Source of the DNA: a virus
Length of the DNA stretch: 64,000 bases
Strand: one strand, 5' to 3'
IMG/VR virus record: IMGVR_UViG_3300013132_000048
Span: 3,726 to 67,725 of that record
Positions 23,365 through 34,100 of the stretch are shown here, in pieces. The stretch's first letter is position 1. Each line of letters starts with the position of its first letter. The position numbers were made by a program, and so were the translations under genes. Under the pieces are notes generated by a model. It saw only the letters and a list, made by a program, of their open reading frames with translations. It ran no database searches and had not been told where the DNA came from.

Positions 23365-24594
23365 GTGGCAATATTTAAAGAATTCAGCGCCGATGATATT
23401 AAAAGTAATCGTTCATATCTAAATCAATTAGTCGATATACTTGGGTCTGATATCTCCAGTTCAGCTACCAGAAGACAATATCAGGTTTTCGTTACAGGTG
23501 GGCTCGGTCCAGGAGTAACATCATCATTATTTCAAACCGTATTTGATCAAGATTTTACTCTACAAACAGCAAATGCTGTATTTGATGTTACCTTCGGATT
23601 ACACGAAGAATCTGCCGTTGTTACAAATACAAATCCATCAATAGATACAAATGGGAAATATATATTTCCTGCATCATCACTAATGATGAGAGAAAAAATG
23701 GATATTTATCGTCTTTTTGCACAAAATCTTCTTGGAGATTCAACGGCAAAGTTTACAACGCAAGTATCTGGTTCTACTCAAAATGAAATAAATGAAGCTT
23801 TATTCTTTTGCTTTAAACGTTTATTTGCTCGTGATGCGGTTAAGCGTGAAACGTTTGCAATCAGATTTTTTACAACTGCTGCAAACCCAGGTGCTACAGG
23901 AGAAAATTTAATTAAAGTTTCATCAACCGGATCAGTAATTGTAACAGATATTAATTCCAGTACAAATAAATTCTTTGCTGCTGGTGGTCAAGTGTCAACT
24001 CTTGTAAATTCTGCTGATGTTAATTATCCTATCGGTTTATTATTCCTAGATAAAGGAATAGTAGTTCTAGATATTTCAAAAAGTTTTGATTTGGCTGGTC
24101 CAATTACTGGTGCATTAAGCAGTGTTCAATTTTCTTCAGGCATACAGGCAAATTTCTCTGGTTCCTTTACTCAACTCATGGCGTCAGCGTCAATGGATGA
24201 TTTCTTGGACCATGTTTGCTCAACAAGATTTACAGGATCTGATGAAACATCAATTACATTCCAAAATATAACTAACATTAATAGTACATTGTTCTTTTGC
24301 CGATCAGCAGCAGATGAATTCAATTACTCATCTAATCCAACATTCGTAGATGCAAATAATAGAATTGTTGTAATAGATGAAGGTCAAGAAGAAATTCAAA
24401 GAACATTCACGTTTGTCAGTAGCATTGGATTATATGACGCTAATGATAATCTTTTAGCAGTTGCTAAAGTTAGCCGCCCGGTTCTCAAGGACGATGAAAG
24501 GGATTTAACATTCAAAGTCAGACTCGATTTTGCAAAAATAAGAAAAACAAAAGATATTCTTAAAAAGAAAATAAAGTTTTCAACAAAAAAATAA
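23365..24594 (+). CDS. Baseplate/tail structural protein
   Basis: GTG start with AGGT. C-terminal EFNYSSNPTF...SSIGLYDANDNLLAVAKVSRPVLK...FKVRLDF; paralogous to the C-terminus of the 26100 product. Confidence 0.7.
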   Translation: MAIFKEFSADDIKSNRSYLNQLVDILGSDISSSATRRQYQVFVTGGLGPGVTSSLFQTVFDQDFTLQTANAVFDVTFGLHEESAVVTNTNPSIDTNGKYIFPASSLMMREKMDIYRLFAQNLLGDSTAKFTTQVSGSTQNEINEALFFCFKRLFARDAVKRETFAIRFFTTAANPGATGENLIKVSSTGSVIVTDINSSTNKFFAAGGQVSTLVNSADVNYPIGLLFLDKGIVVLDISKSFDLAGPITGALSSVQFSSGIQANFSGSFTQLMASASMDDFLDHVCSTRFTGSDETSITFQNITNINSTLFFCRSAADEFNYSSNPTFVDANNRIVVIDEGQEEIQRTFTFVSSIGLYDANDNLLAVAKVSRPVLKDDERDLTFKVRLDFAKIRKTKDILKKKIKFSTKK

Positions 24595-24654
24595 TTTTTA
24601 TAAACTAAAATCTTCTTATTTTATTATATCTCATATAAGATAAAAAAATTTTTT

Positions 24655-25752
24655 ATGAAAAAATATGATTATATATGTATAACATGTAATAATAATTTTC
24701 AACACAGAAAATCAAATCGAAAATATTGTTCGATTGAATGTTGCAAAAAAGATAAAAGAGATCGTCGCAAAGCAATATGTAAATCTTGCAATAAAGAATT
24801 TTTTAAATATTCATCAAATCTTATAATGAAATATTGTTCAAGAATTTGTGCTTCTAAAATTATTGGAGAACAAAAAACATTAAAAAGCACATTTCAAACA
24901 GAATGCACTTGGTGTAAAAAAATTATAAAAAAATGTTTAAGTCGAAAAGGAAAAACAGGAAATTTTTGTTCAATTATTTGTGGAGAAGCGTTTAAACGTG
25001 GAATTGAACAAAAATATATAATAAAAGCTTGTAAACGATGTAATAAAGAATATGAAACATTATATCGTAAAAAAACCGAATATTGTTCACGTAAATGTTC
25101 TTCGAATTATCAACCAGGAGAAAAACATAGTGGATATGGCAAGGAAGGTCCAACGAAAGGAATAAAACCTTGGACTTACGGTTTGAAAAAAGAAACAGAT
25201 ATAAGAATCTTAAACCTTTCTGAAAAGATAAGAAAAATACATAAAGAACAGTTTGCTTCTGGTTTGCGAAGCAATGCTATGGAAAATAATCCAAATTGGG
25301 GTAAGAAAAGAGAATCTCGAACAAAAGAACAATTAGAAAATTATTCTAAAGCTGCGATTAAAAGAATAGCAACCATGGCAAAAGGAGGATATATTAAAGG
25401 ATATTATATTAGTGAAAAAGCAATTAAAAGAAAAATGTATTATCGCTCTTCTTATGAATTGCTTTTCATGAAATTATCAGACATTGATGATAATGTAATC
25501 ACATATGAATATGAACCGTTTTATATTAAATATAATATAGGAAAAAGATACCTGCCTGATTTTATTGTTCATTTTAAAGATGGTTCTAAAACCATAATTG
25601 AAATTAAATCTGATTATACTAAAAATTTAAAAAACTTTAAAGAAAAAGAAAAAATTGCAAGAATTTATTGTGAAACAAATAATATGATATATAAAATATA
25701 TACACTAGAAGACATTAAAGAATATGAAAAAAAATTGAAAAATTTAATATGA
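24655..25752 (+). mobile_element. Homing-endonuclease-like gene: Cys-rich zinc-finger repeats + NUMOD-like segment + TnsA-like PD-(D/E)XK nuclease
   Basis: Repeated CxxC...(Y/F)CSxxC units, PWTYGLKK and NPNWGK segments, C-terminal YRSSYE...YLPDF...IEIK. Very Lys-rich and AT-rich. Confidence 0.7.
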
Positions 25753-26087
25753 AAAATCAAAAAATAAAAATCGGAGCAAGAATATACAATATTTCAATAG
25801 AAACATCAGAAGAAAATTCTGTATTTAAAGAGCATGAAGATGCATATGGATATATTGAATATCCTACATCTGAAATACATATCCGATCTAATTTAGAAAA
25901 AACTTTTCAAAAAGAAATATTGATTCATGAAATTTTACATGGATTATTAGACAATACTGGTATTGCTGAAATTAATACAGATAAAATAACAGAGGCATTG
26001 GCTCCTCGCATATATGCATTTTTAGTAGATAATCCAGATTTTCAAAAAAAACTTTTACAATTTGAAAAAGAAGATGACAATACTTAA
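25749..26087 (+). CDS. Small zincin-like (HExxH) protein
   Basis: YGYIEY...IHI...EILIHEILHG; ATGA overlap with the upstream gene. Confidence 0.6.
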   Translation: MKNQKIKIGARIYNISIETSEENSVFKEHEDAYGYIEYPTSEIHIRSNLEKTFQKEILIHEILHGLLDNTGIAEINTDKITEALAPRIYAFLVDNPDFQKKLLQFEKEDDNT

Positions 26088-26099
26088 TATACACGTATT

Positions 26100-28439
26100 A
26101 TGTCAATTCAGAAAATAAATCCGGATGATATTGAAAGTTTTACACTAGAAACAAATCCATATAGAACATACACTAGTTCATCTAATGGAGTTACTGGCTC
26201 TGTTAATTTATTTGCTCGTCGCTCATCTTATGAAAAAGAAATATTTCCATTGTCGCTTTTCAAAAAAAGTGAATACAATGACGATAATTTAGAAAATTTA
26301 AGAAAATTAGTATTAGCAAATACTTCAAGCAATATAACAGATTCTGTTTCAGGATATTTGTTTTCTGTAAATAATCAGCAATCTTCTGCTAGAAAAGAAC
26401 AAAAATTAGACATTTTTAGATTTGAACCTCCGTTTGTTTTTAATTCCAATACACTAAGAAAGAAAATAACAACGGAAATTTTAATGCCATATTACAGGAT
26501 AACATATCCAAATGCACAATTTGCGATATCCAATTATCATTGTTTAAATTTTTATACTGCCAGTAATGTTCCAGATAGTTCTGTTTTGTTATATGCAAAT
26601 CCTAGCAGAACAGGAACTAATCCAGATGATTTATCAATATATGGCTTTTCTGGGTCTTTTAGTTTTGATTTTTGGATTAAACCAAAATATACTTCATATG
26701 ATTATAAAGCTGGTGCGATTGCTCATTTAACCGGGTCTTATTGTCTTTCTTTGCATAGTGGTTCTTCTAAAGATATTAACGGATATCCAGATGCATTTAA
26801 ATTAATTTTACAATTAACTGATTCTGCAAATATTCCACCTTCTTTAATAACATCAGGTCAATATATTTTTTCCTCTTCTGATAATGCTATAAAAAGAGAT
26901 GAATGGAGTCACGTTACTGTTCGATGGGGCGGTCCATTTTATAATAATGGAACAGGATCTTTTTCAATTAATACTGTTGAAAATTCGCAGTTTACTATTA
27001 CAAATTCATTAATTTTTGGTGATTATCCAAATGGCAACCCTTCTGTATTGTGCATTGGAAACTATTACGAAGGTGAAAATGATGCATCAAATGATAGTGC
27101 ATTAGATTATTTCTTCACACAAGAAGTAACAGAAAGAGAAGGGCTAACAACGTTAATCACTAGTGATCCTGGTGTATTTTATCCTCCATCTGGTGTTTTT
27201 GGCTTTACACATCCATTAAATGCAGAAATTCAAGAGTTTAAAATTTATGACCGCTATTTGTTTGTTAATGAAATTCAACAATTAAATGTATCAGCCCCGG
27301 CAACAAATACTTCTAACTTGTTATTTTATTTACCACCATTCTTTACAGAAGAATCTCCGTATAGAAAATATTATCTTGGAGACGGAGGAATACCTATAAC
27401 ACCATTCCAGAGCCAAGATGGTTCCTCTAGGCATCCTTTCTCTGTTGACATGGCATTTTCTGTTGGCGGCTTGTATATGAATTTAGAAAATTATGTAAGA
27501 GATTTTGCCACAGGAAATTATCCAAGATTATGGTCTCTAACCTGTTCTCTTATAAATGATAATTTTCAAACTCCTGAATCTGCAAATACCATATTATATA
27601 ATACAGGATCAAATAGAAAAAGATTGTTCACAATATTACCATCTGATAATGGCAAAACTTTTCCAAATTATAGTTTCTTAACATCCCTTTCCCGATCTCA
27701 ATTTGTAGCAGACACAGGAACATACGCCCCTGGATATGTTACATTAAAAAATCTGGTTCCAGAACCAGAATCAACAAAATATTTTCCATATGAATCTGGA
27801 TCATTTTTTGATCAATTAGTCGGACCAAATCCAGGATCTTATACAGTTCAGAATTTTTCTAGTAGTAGTTTAGCTATTGTTAGAAGAACAAAAGATACCT
27901 CTTCTAATCAGATAGCGATATTTGATATAAGTAACTTATTCTACGGGAAACAAATTAAGCCAGGTAGTTTTAATATAACAGATATCGCAATATCTGGATC
28001 CGATAGGACACAAAAAATAACTCTTAAAGATGATAATTTAGGCAATCTTTATAGAGCAGATGCTTTAGGAGAGCATCCAACATGGGCTAGTGTTGGAAAT
28101 ATCTTTTATAATGAAGGAATTGTTATAGTAAAGAGTCCGCAATTAACATTTTTCGGAAGTGAACAATTTGAAATTAATTTTCAAGGCGTTCAGGATATTC
28201 ACGTATTAACAATCAATGCATTTGCTAGAAGTTTACAGTTGATTTCATCTTCAAATACTTCATACACAACTCAAAGTATTGATACTAATGCAAACAATAC
28301 AGATTCAAGATATGTGTATATTACAAGTTTATTAATTCATGATGACAATTTAAATGTTATTGCTAGAACAAATATAGCACAGCCAATTGTAAAATATAGC
28401 TCGGATAAATATCTGTTTAAGTACAAAATGGATTTTTGA
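26100..28439 (+). CDS. LamG-containing baseplate/tail structural protein
   Basis: FSFDFWIKP...WSHVTVRW...EIQEFKIYD (LamG-like). C-terminal IKPGSF...VGNIFYNEGIVIV...YITSLLIHDDNLNVIARTNIAQPIVK...KYKMDF. Confidence 0.7.
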   Translation: MSIQKINPDDIESFTLETNPYRTYTSSSNGVTGSVNLFARRSSYEKEIFPLSLFKKSEYNDDNLENLRKLVLANTSSNITDSVSGYLFSVNNQQSSARKEQKLDIFRFEPPFVFNSNTLRKKITTEILMPYYRITYPNAQFAISNYHCLNFYTASNVPDSSVLLYANPSRTGTNPDDLSIYGFSGSFSFDFWIKPKYTSYDYKAGAIAHLTGSYCLSLHSGSSKDINGYPDAFKLILQLTDSANIPPSLITSGQYIFSSSDNAIKRDEWSHVTVRWGGPFYNNGTGSFSINTVENSQFTITNSLIFGDYPNGNPSVLCIGNYYEGENDASNDSALDYFFTQEVTEREGLTTLITSDPGVFYPPSGVFGFTHPLNAEIQEFKIYDRYLFVNEIQQLNVSAPATNTSNLLFYLPPFFTEESPYRKYYLGDGGIPITPFQSQDGSSRHPFSVDMAFSVGGLYMNLENYVRDFATGNYPRLWSLTCSLINDNFQTPESANTILYNTGSNRKRLFTILPSDNGKTFPNYSFLTSLSRSQFVADTGTYAPGYVTLKNLVPEPESTKYFPYESGSFFDQLVGPNPGSYTVQNFSSSSLAIVRRTKDTSSNQIAIFDISNLFYGKQIKPGSFNITDIAISGSDRTQKITLKDDNLGNLYRADALGEHPTWASVGNIFYNEGIVIVKSPQLTFFGSEQFEINFQGVQDIHVLTINAFARSLQLISSSNTSYTTQSIDTNANNTDSRYVYITSLLIHDDNLNVIARTNIAQPIVKYSSDKYLFKYKMDF

Positions 28440-28489
28440 TAAATTAATTCATTGCTCTCTCTTCTTACTAGGGTAGGGTTCCACTAGCG

Positions 28490-28963
28490 ATGCTAAAACG
28501 CCAGAAAAAAAGAAAAAGAAGAAAAAGAAAATCTAGATATATTACTGGAATCTATAAATCTGTAAAATGTTTAAATGAAATTCGCTATCGCTCTTCTTGG
28601 GAATTTTATGTTTGCAAATTTCTTGATGAGCAACTTGATGTTATTTCTTACGAATATGAATCAATTAAAATACCATATATTTCAAATATAAAAACTAAAA
28701 GAATTAGAAATTATATACCTGATTTTGTTGTAAATTATATTGATGGAAGTAAAAAAATAATTGAAGTCAAAAGAAAAACTGCGATCAATAATGATATAGT
28801 TGTGAAGAAAGCAGAGGCAGCAAGAAAATGGTGCGAAGATCTAACAAAACAAGGAAATCAAGTGACTTACGAGATGTGGACGGAAGCAATAATATTCCCG
28901 ATACGTCAACGATTTCTACTGTTAGAGAAAATACAGAAACAACAACGGAAGAAAAAAGATTAG
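28490..28963 (+). CDS. TnsA-like endonuclease / T4 gp4-like head completion nuclease
   Basis: YRSSWE...YEYESIKIPY...RNYIPDF...IIEVK...KKAEAARKWC. Confidence 0.75.
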   Translation: MLKRQKKRKRRKRKSRYITGIYKSVKCLNEIRYRSSWEFYVCKFLDEQLDVISYEYESIKIPYISNIKTKRIRNYIPDFVVNYIDGSKKIIEVKRKTAINNDIVVKKAEAARKWCEDLTKQGNQVTYEMWTEAIIFPIRQRFLLLEKIQKQQRKKKD

Positions 28964-29505
28964 TAGATTTGGGTCTTGATATTTCCACGTCAGTTGTCGG
29001 TATATGTGCATTGGACAGTAAAACAGGACAGCTTGTTAAGTTAACTCACAAGAAGCTTGTTAAGTTTGACGATGAATATGAGAAGGCAGATAACTTCCTT
29101 GCAGATTGGGTAGAACCATCTTGGAAAGTTCGCCGCATATACATTGAAGAAGCTGCCAAAAAGTTTACACCAGGGTTTTCCTCTGCTGACACAATAATGA
29201 CATTAGGACGTTTCAATGGTATCGTTTCTTATTTGGTTTATCAGTTATTCGGCATTAAGCCTATTATGGTTAATGTACGCTCTGCACGCTCTAAACTTAA
29301 CATTAAAATAGATTATAAAGATAAAACCTCCACTACCAAGGATAAAGTATTCTTGGCTGTAAGAACTCTTAATCCCAGCTTTCCTTGGATAATCCGTGAA
29401 GCAAAGAGTGGTCAGTTTAAAGGGCAAATGATATATGATAAAGTAGGGGAGGATATGTCCGATGCGTGGGTTATTTGCCGTGGCGGAATGTTATTAAATC
29501 CTTGA
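28828..29505 (+). CDS. RuvC-like Holliday junction resolvase
   Basis: LGLDISTSVVG, IYIEE and DMSDAW acidic motifs. Start uncertain: ATG 28828 overlaps the upstream gene by 136 nt; TTG 28969 is the alternative. Confidence 0.75.
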   Translation: MVRRSNKTRKSSDLRDVDGSNNIPDTSTISTVRENTETTTEEKRLVDLGLDISTSVVGICALDSKTGQLVKLTHKKLVKFDDEYEKADNFLADWVEPSWKVRRIYIEEAAKKFTPGFSSADTIMTLGRFNGIVSYLVYQLFGIKPIMVNVRSARSKLNIKIDYKDKTSTTKDKVFLAVRTLNPSFPWIIREAKSGQFKGQMIYDKVGEDMSDAWVICRGGMLLNP

Positions 29506-29511
29506 GGAAAT

Positions 29512-30132
29512 ATGTCATCTACAAAAAGAAAGAAAAAAGGACCAGCGTTTGATTATTACCCTACGCCAAAATGGTGCGTAACAAGATTATTAGAAAAGGT
29601 AAATTTTAGAACTTCTAATAGTCATTGGCTTGAGCCTGCTGTTGGCGACTGTTCTATTGTTGATGCTGTAAATGAATATTGCGAAACAAAGAATCAACTA
29701 AAGCCTAATTGGTCTGGATTAGAAATCCAACCAGGATTTGAAGAAGCAATTAAACAGAGAAATATAAATTATCAAATTGGAGATTTCTTTAATCGTTCTC
29801 TAGATTTAGGAAATCCAAATATTATCATAACGAACCCGCCCTTTAGTTCTGCATTGGAATTTATTAAAAGGGCTATAGAGCTTCAACCGGAGCATGTATG
29901 CATGTTGCTTCGTTTAAATTTCCTTGGCTCTGAGGAGCGTTCTAGCTACCTTAGAGAGCATACTCCAGACATCTACGTGATTCCTAATAGACCATCCTTC
30001 AATGGTGGCAAAACAGATAGTATTGAGTATGCTTGGTTGGTATGGTCCTCAAGAAATAACTACGGTTTAAATCAGCATGGTTCTATGTGTATTCTTGATT
30101 CTACAAATAAAAACGAGAGAAAAAAGAAATAA
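29512..30132 (+). CDS. Orphan DNA amino-methyltransferase (probably N6-adenine)
   Basis: DYYPTP, WLEPAVGD (SAM-binding motif I) and ITNPPF (motif IV); GAGG upstream. Confidence 0.85.
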   Translation: MSSTKRKKKGPAFDYYPTPKWCVTRLLEKVNFRTSNSHWLEPAVGDCSIVDAVNEYCETKNQLKPNWSGLEIQPGFEEAIKQRNINYQIGDFFNRSLDLGNPNIIITNPPFSSALEFIKRAIELQPEHVCMLLRLNFLGSEERSSYLREHTPDIYVIPNRPSFNGGKTDSIEYAWLVWSSRNNYGLNQHGSMCILDSTNKNERKKK

Positions 30133-31112
30133 TGCACACAAGAGGACAGGTTATAGAGTTTATTGAAAAAGTTTTTGGTAATGGGATTCAATCTAATCAA
30201 GGATTGAATATCTCAGTTGCTTGTCCTATTTGTAGAAAAACAAAAGATTCTACATATGATAAGAAAAAATTAGTAATACGTACTGATAATTTCTTAACTC
30301 ATTGTTGGATATGTGGTTATAAATCTAAAAATATATTAGAATTAATTCAAAAATTTCGCAAAGAATATTCTGAGGAATATGTTAAAGGATTCTTAAATTC
30401 TGAAGAATTATTTGCCGAAGTAAAAGAAAATTTAAAAGAGGATCAATCTATCAGATTGCCTAATGATTTTGAATTATTAGCTACAGCAGATCGACAAGAT
30501 CCGGTAGTCAGAAGATATATTGCATATCTAAAATCAAGAGGCATTAAAAACATAAACTTAGAAAATTCTTTGTGGTACTGGAGATTTGGATTTAGTCGAA
30601 ATGATCCAAGATATAAAGATCGAATTATCTTTCCATCGTTTGATAGAATTGGCAATTTAAATTATTTCACCGCAAGAAGTATCAATAAATTTACAAAACC
30701 CAAATATGTGAACCCTCCAGTAAATCGTAATTCAATCATATTTAATGAAATTATAATTGATTGGAAGAAGCCTTTGGTTCTTGTTGAAGGTCCATTTGAT
30801 TTGATTAAATGCACTGAAAATGCAACCTGCATTTTAGGTTCTGAACTGAATAATGATTATTTACTATTTCAGAATATTATTCGCAACAATACTCCTATAA
30901 TTTTGGCATTAGATCCAGATGCACAAGATAAGCAAAATAAAATTGCTAAAGAATTATATTCATGGAATATTGATGTAAAAGTATTAGAGATACCAGAAAA
31001 ATATTCTGACGTTGGAGAGATGGACTCAGAAGTGTTTATATCTATTTTAAAAGATGCTATTCCATTTAGTATCAAGTACTCCCTAAAGAGTAAAATTGCG
31101 AGGATAATATAA
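30132..31112 (+). CDS. DNA primase (zinc finger + TOPRIM)
   Basis: CPIC...HCWIC zinc finger; RIIFP, KYVNP, LVEGPFD and ALDPD TOPRIM motifs. Confidence 0.85.
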   Translation: MHTRGQVIEFIEKVFGNGIQSNQGLNISVACPICRKTKDSTYDKKKLVIRTDNFLTHCWICGYKSKNILELIQKFRKEYSEEYVKGFLNSEELFAEVKENLKEDQSIRLPNDFELLATADRQDPVVRRYIAYLKSRGIKNINLENSLWYWRFGFSRNDPRYKDRIIFPSFDRIGNLNYFTARSINKFTKPKYVNPPVNRNSIIFNEIIIDWKKPLVLVEGPFDLIKCTENATCILGSELNNDYLLFQNIIRNNTPIILALDPDAQDKQNKIAKELYSWNIDVKVLEIPEKYSDVGEMDSEVFISILKDAIPFSIKYSLKSKIARII

Positions 31113-34100
31113 TGTTAACGGTTCAAATATCCGATATTCACTGGCGAGGAATTACACGACATCAAGAATATACGGAAGCTTTTAATCGTTTATACGATAA
31201 AATAAAAGCTATTAAGCCTGATTTAATAATAAATACCGGAGATTCATTCCACACAAAGACTCAGGGTATTACGCCAGAAGTAATTGAAAAACTTACATGG
31301 ATGTTTAGGAGTTTAGATGAAATCGCTCCTACAATTACAATACTTGGAAATCATGATGGTAATCTATCCAATAATGATAGACAAGATATTGTTTCTCCAA
31401 TGTTTGATGCATTAAGATTACCAAGATCTATTTTATGCAAACAATCTTTTAGTTTTAATTTAGAAGATAAATTGCCGCAAATTAAAGGTGCATCTAAATT
31501 TAGATTTCATATCTATTCTCCCTTTGATCAAGATAATTGGGATAAAATCCAAATAGATTCAAGAAGAATAAATATTGGCTTATTTCATGGTTCTATGCTT
31601 GGCTGCGAAACAGATCAAGATTTTATGCTAATCGAAGCAGAAGCTGATCTATCATATTTTAAAAATATTGATTTCCTATTATTAGGAGATATCCATAAAC
31701 ATCAATGGATTTCTAAAAGAATGGATAAAGATGAAGTGTTAAAGCCATGGGCAGCTTATCCAGGGTCGCTGATTCAGCAAAACTTTGGAGAAATAGAATC
31801 CAAAGGATTTTTAGTATGGGATTTAAGAGAAAAAAATGATTGGGATGTTAATTTTCATCAATTAGAAAATAAAATGCCATTCATTACAATTCCTTGGATG
31901 GATAATGTTTTCGACACAATACAAAATGTTGCTGTCGAAAGAAAAGAAAATGCATTTTTACCTGGAACTAGATATCGCATAAGTTCTTCCCAGGCGCTCT
32001 CTCAAATAGAGACTAAACAATTAATAAATGAATTAAAAGAAAATAAAAAAGCCGATGAAGTTACCTTTAAATATGAATTTATTAATCGACTTGACACAAT
32101 TGATACGGATAAAGGATTATCGTTATCTAAAACAAATCTAAAAACAAATATAGATGGACTACAAGAATTGTTTCTCCAGTATCTTGAAGCTCATAAAGAG
32201 AATATTTCTCTAACAAAAGAACAATTAGCTCTTGCTCAAGATAAAATAAAAGATTATTTAAAACAGGTTAATTTACAAGAGCCAGATCTATTACATAGAA
32301 ACGTATCTTGGACGGTTAAAAATCTGGAATTCAATAACATATTCAGATATGGCGAGAAAAATTCTATAGATTTTAAAAATTTAGATGGTATTGTTGGCAT
32401 TTTTGGACCCAATAAAACAGGAAAAAGTTCAATAATAGGTTCATTGATGTATGGCTTATTTAATACTACCGATAGAGGTCCAGTTAAATCATCTTATATC
32501 ATTAATAAAAATAAAAATAATTGTTCTGTTGATGTTACATTCAATGTAGACAATACAGATTATCTTGCAAGACGACAAACTTCTAGGGTAATAAGTAAAA
32601 AACAAAAAGATGATGATAAAACAGTAACTACTTTAAATCTTTATCGTTTAGAAGATGGAAAAAAAATTGAATTAAACTCAATTACTAGAGAAGAAACAGA
32701 TAGAGAAATAAAGAAACTAATAGGAACATCAAATGATTTTCTATTGACAGCCTTATCCTCTCAAGGGGATATGAATAAATTTATCAATGAAGGCGCAACG
32801 CAAAGAAAAGCAATATTATCTAAATTTCTTAATTTAGATCTATTTGAAAAATTGCATTCTTTATGCAAAGAAGATTATTCAATAATAAATGAAAGAACTA
32901 AAGAATATAATTCTAAAGATTGGGCTTCTACATTAAATAAAACATTCGAAGAAATAGAATTTCTTGAAAAAGTAATAGAAGATCAAGAAAAAGAAATCCA
33001 AAATTCTAAAGAAATTATTGAATTGCATAAAATATGGTTTTCAAAAAACCAACAACAAATAGAAGATGTTGATCTTGCTAAATTACAAAATAATATTAAT
33101 AAATTATCTTCTGAAATTTCTTCATTAGAAACAAACGAAGAGCTTAGTTTAAAAACGTCAACATCTTTAAAACAACAAATTAAAGAACTAAAAAAAGCAA
33201 ATACAGAAATCAATATAGAAGAATTAAAAGAAAAAGCTCTTAAACTTGATGAATTGAAAAAATTATTGCTTGATACTAAACCTTCTCTCTCAAAAGAAAC
33301 ATTAATTTTAGAAAATCAAAAAAAATCTATTAAAAAACTAGAAATAGTTCCTTGTGGCGACTCGTTTCCAACATGTCATTTTATAAAAGATTCTCATGAA
33401 GATAAGAAAAATTATAAAAAACAACTAAAAGAAGTAGAAAAGATAAAATCAACTGTTCAAGAACTTGAATCTACTCTTGAGTTTCTTTTGCAAGAAAAAA
33501 TAAATGAAAGATTAAATCAATTTAATCTAAACGAGCAGAAAATAAAATCATTAGAAAATGATCTTAATTCAATTTTGTCAAAATTAGATCTAATAGCAGA
33601 TCAAAAGAGTTTTATCTCATTGAAATTAGCAGAAGATAAAGTAAAATTGCAAGAAATAAAATCACGAACAACAGAGGAAGTTCAGGAAGAGGCTGAAAAA
33701 AGACAAGAGACAGTTAGTTCGTTACAGGTTAAAATAAAATCATTAGAATCTGCTATAAAACAACAGTTGATAAAAATTGGTGCTAAGTCTGAATTCTTAG
33801 AAAAGACAAAAAAAGAATATAATGAAGGCAAGGGATTAATTGAAAAACTAAAGATTCATGATGCAATATTAAATGGGTTCAGTAAAACAGGGATACCTTC
33901 AATTGTATTAAAAACACAATTACCAACCTTAAATGCCGAGATTGAAAAAATCTTAAGTGGAGTTACTGATTTTAAAATTGTTTTAGAAATGGATGTAAAT
34001 AGCAATGCTATGGATGTTTTTATTCAAGACTCTCATTCTAAGAGAGTAATAGAATTAGCTTCTGGCATGGAAAAAATGATTTGTTCTATCGCCTTAAGAG

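Noticed and set aside
24655-25752. Tn7-like transposon implied by TnsA-like domains
   Set aside because: No TnsB/TnsC genes or terminal repeats; this nuclease domain is common in phage homing endonucleases and gp4.
28490-28535. NLS-like basic stretches (KRQKKRKRRKRK; also RRKKRRKKRK near 45700), actin and polyQ suggesting a eukaryotic giant virus
   Set aside because: SD sequences, intrinsic terminators, a peptidoglycan amidase, a lipobox and baseplate genes indicate a bacteriophage; basic runs are more simply nucleic-acid binding.
28828-30132. Restriction-modification pair (nuclease next to methyltransferase)
   Set aside because: The adjacent nucleases look like a RuvC-type resolvase and a gp4-like protein with expected phage roles; the MTase is more simply an orphan.
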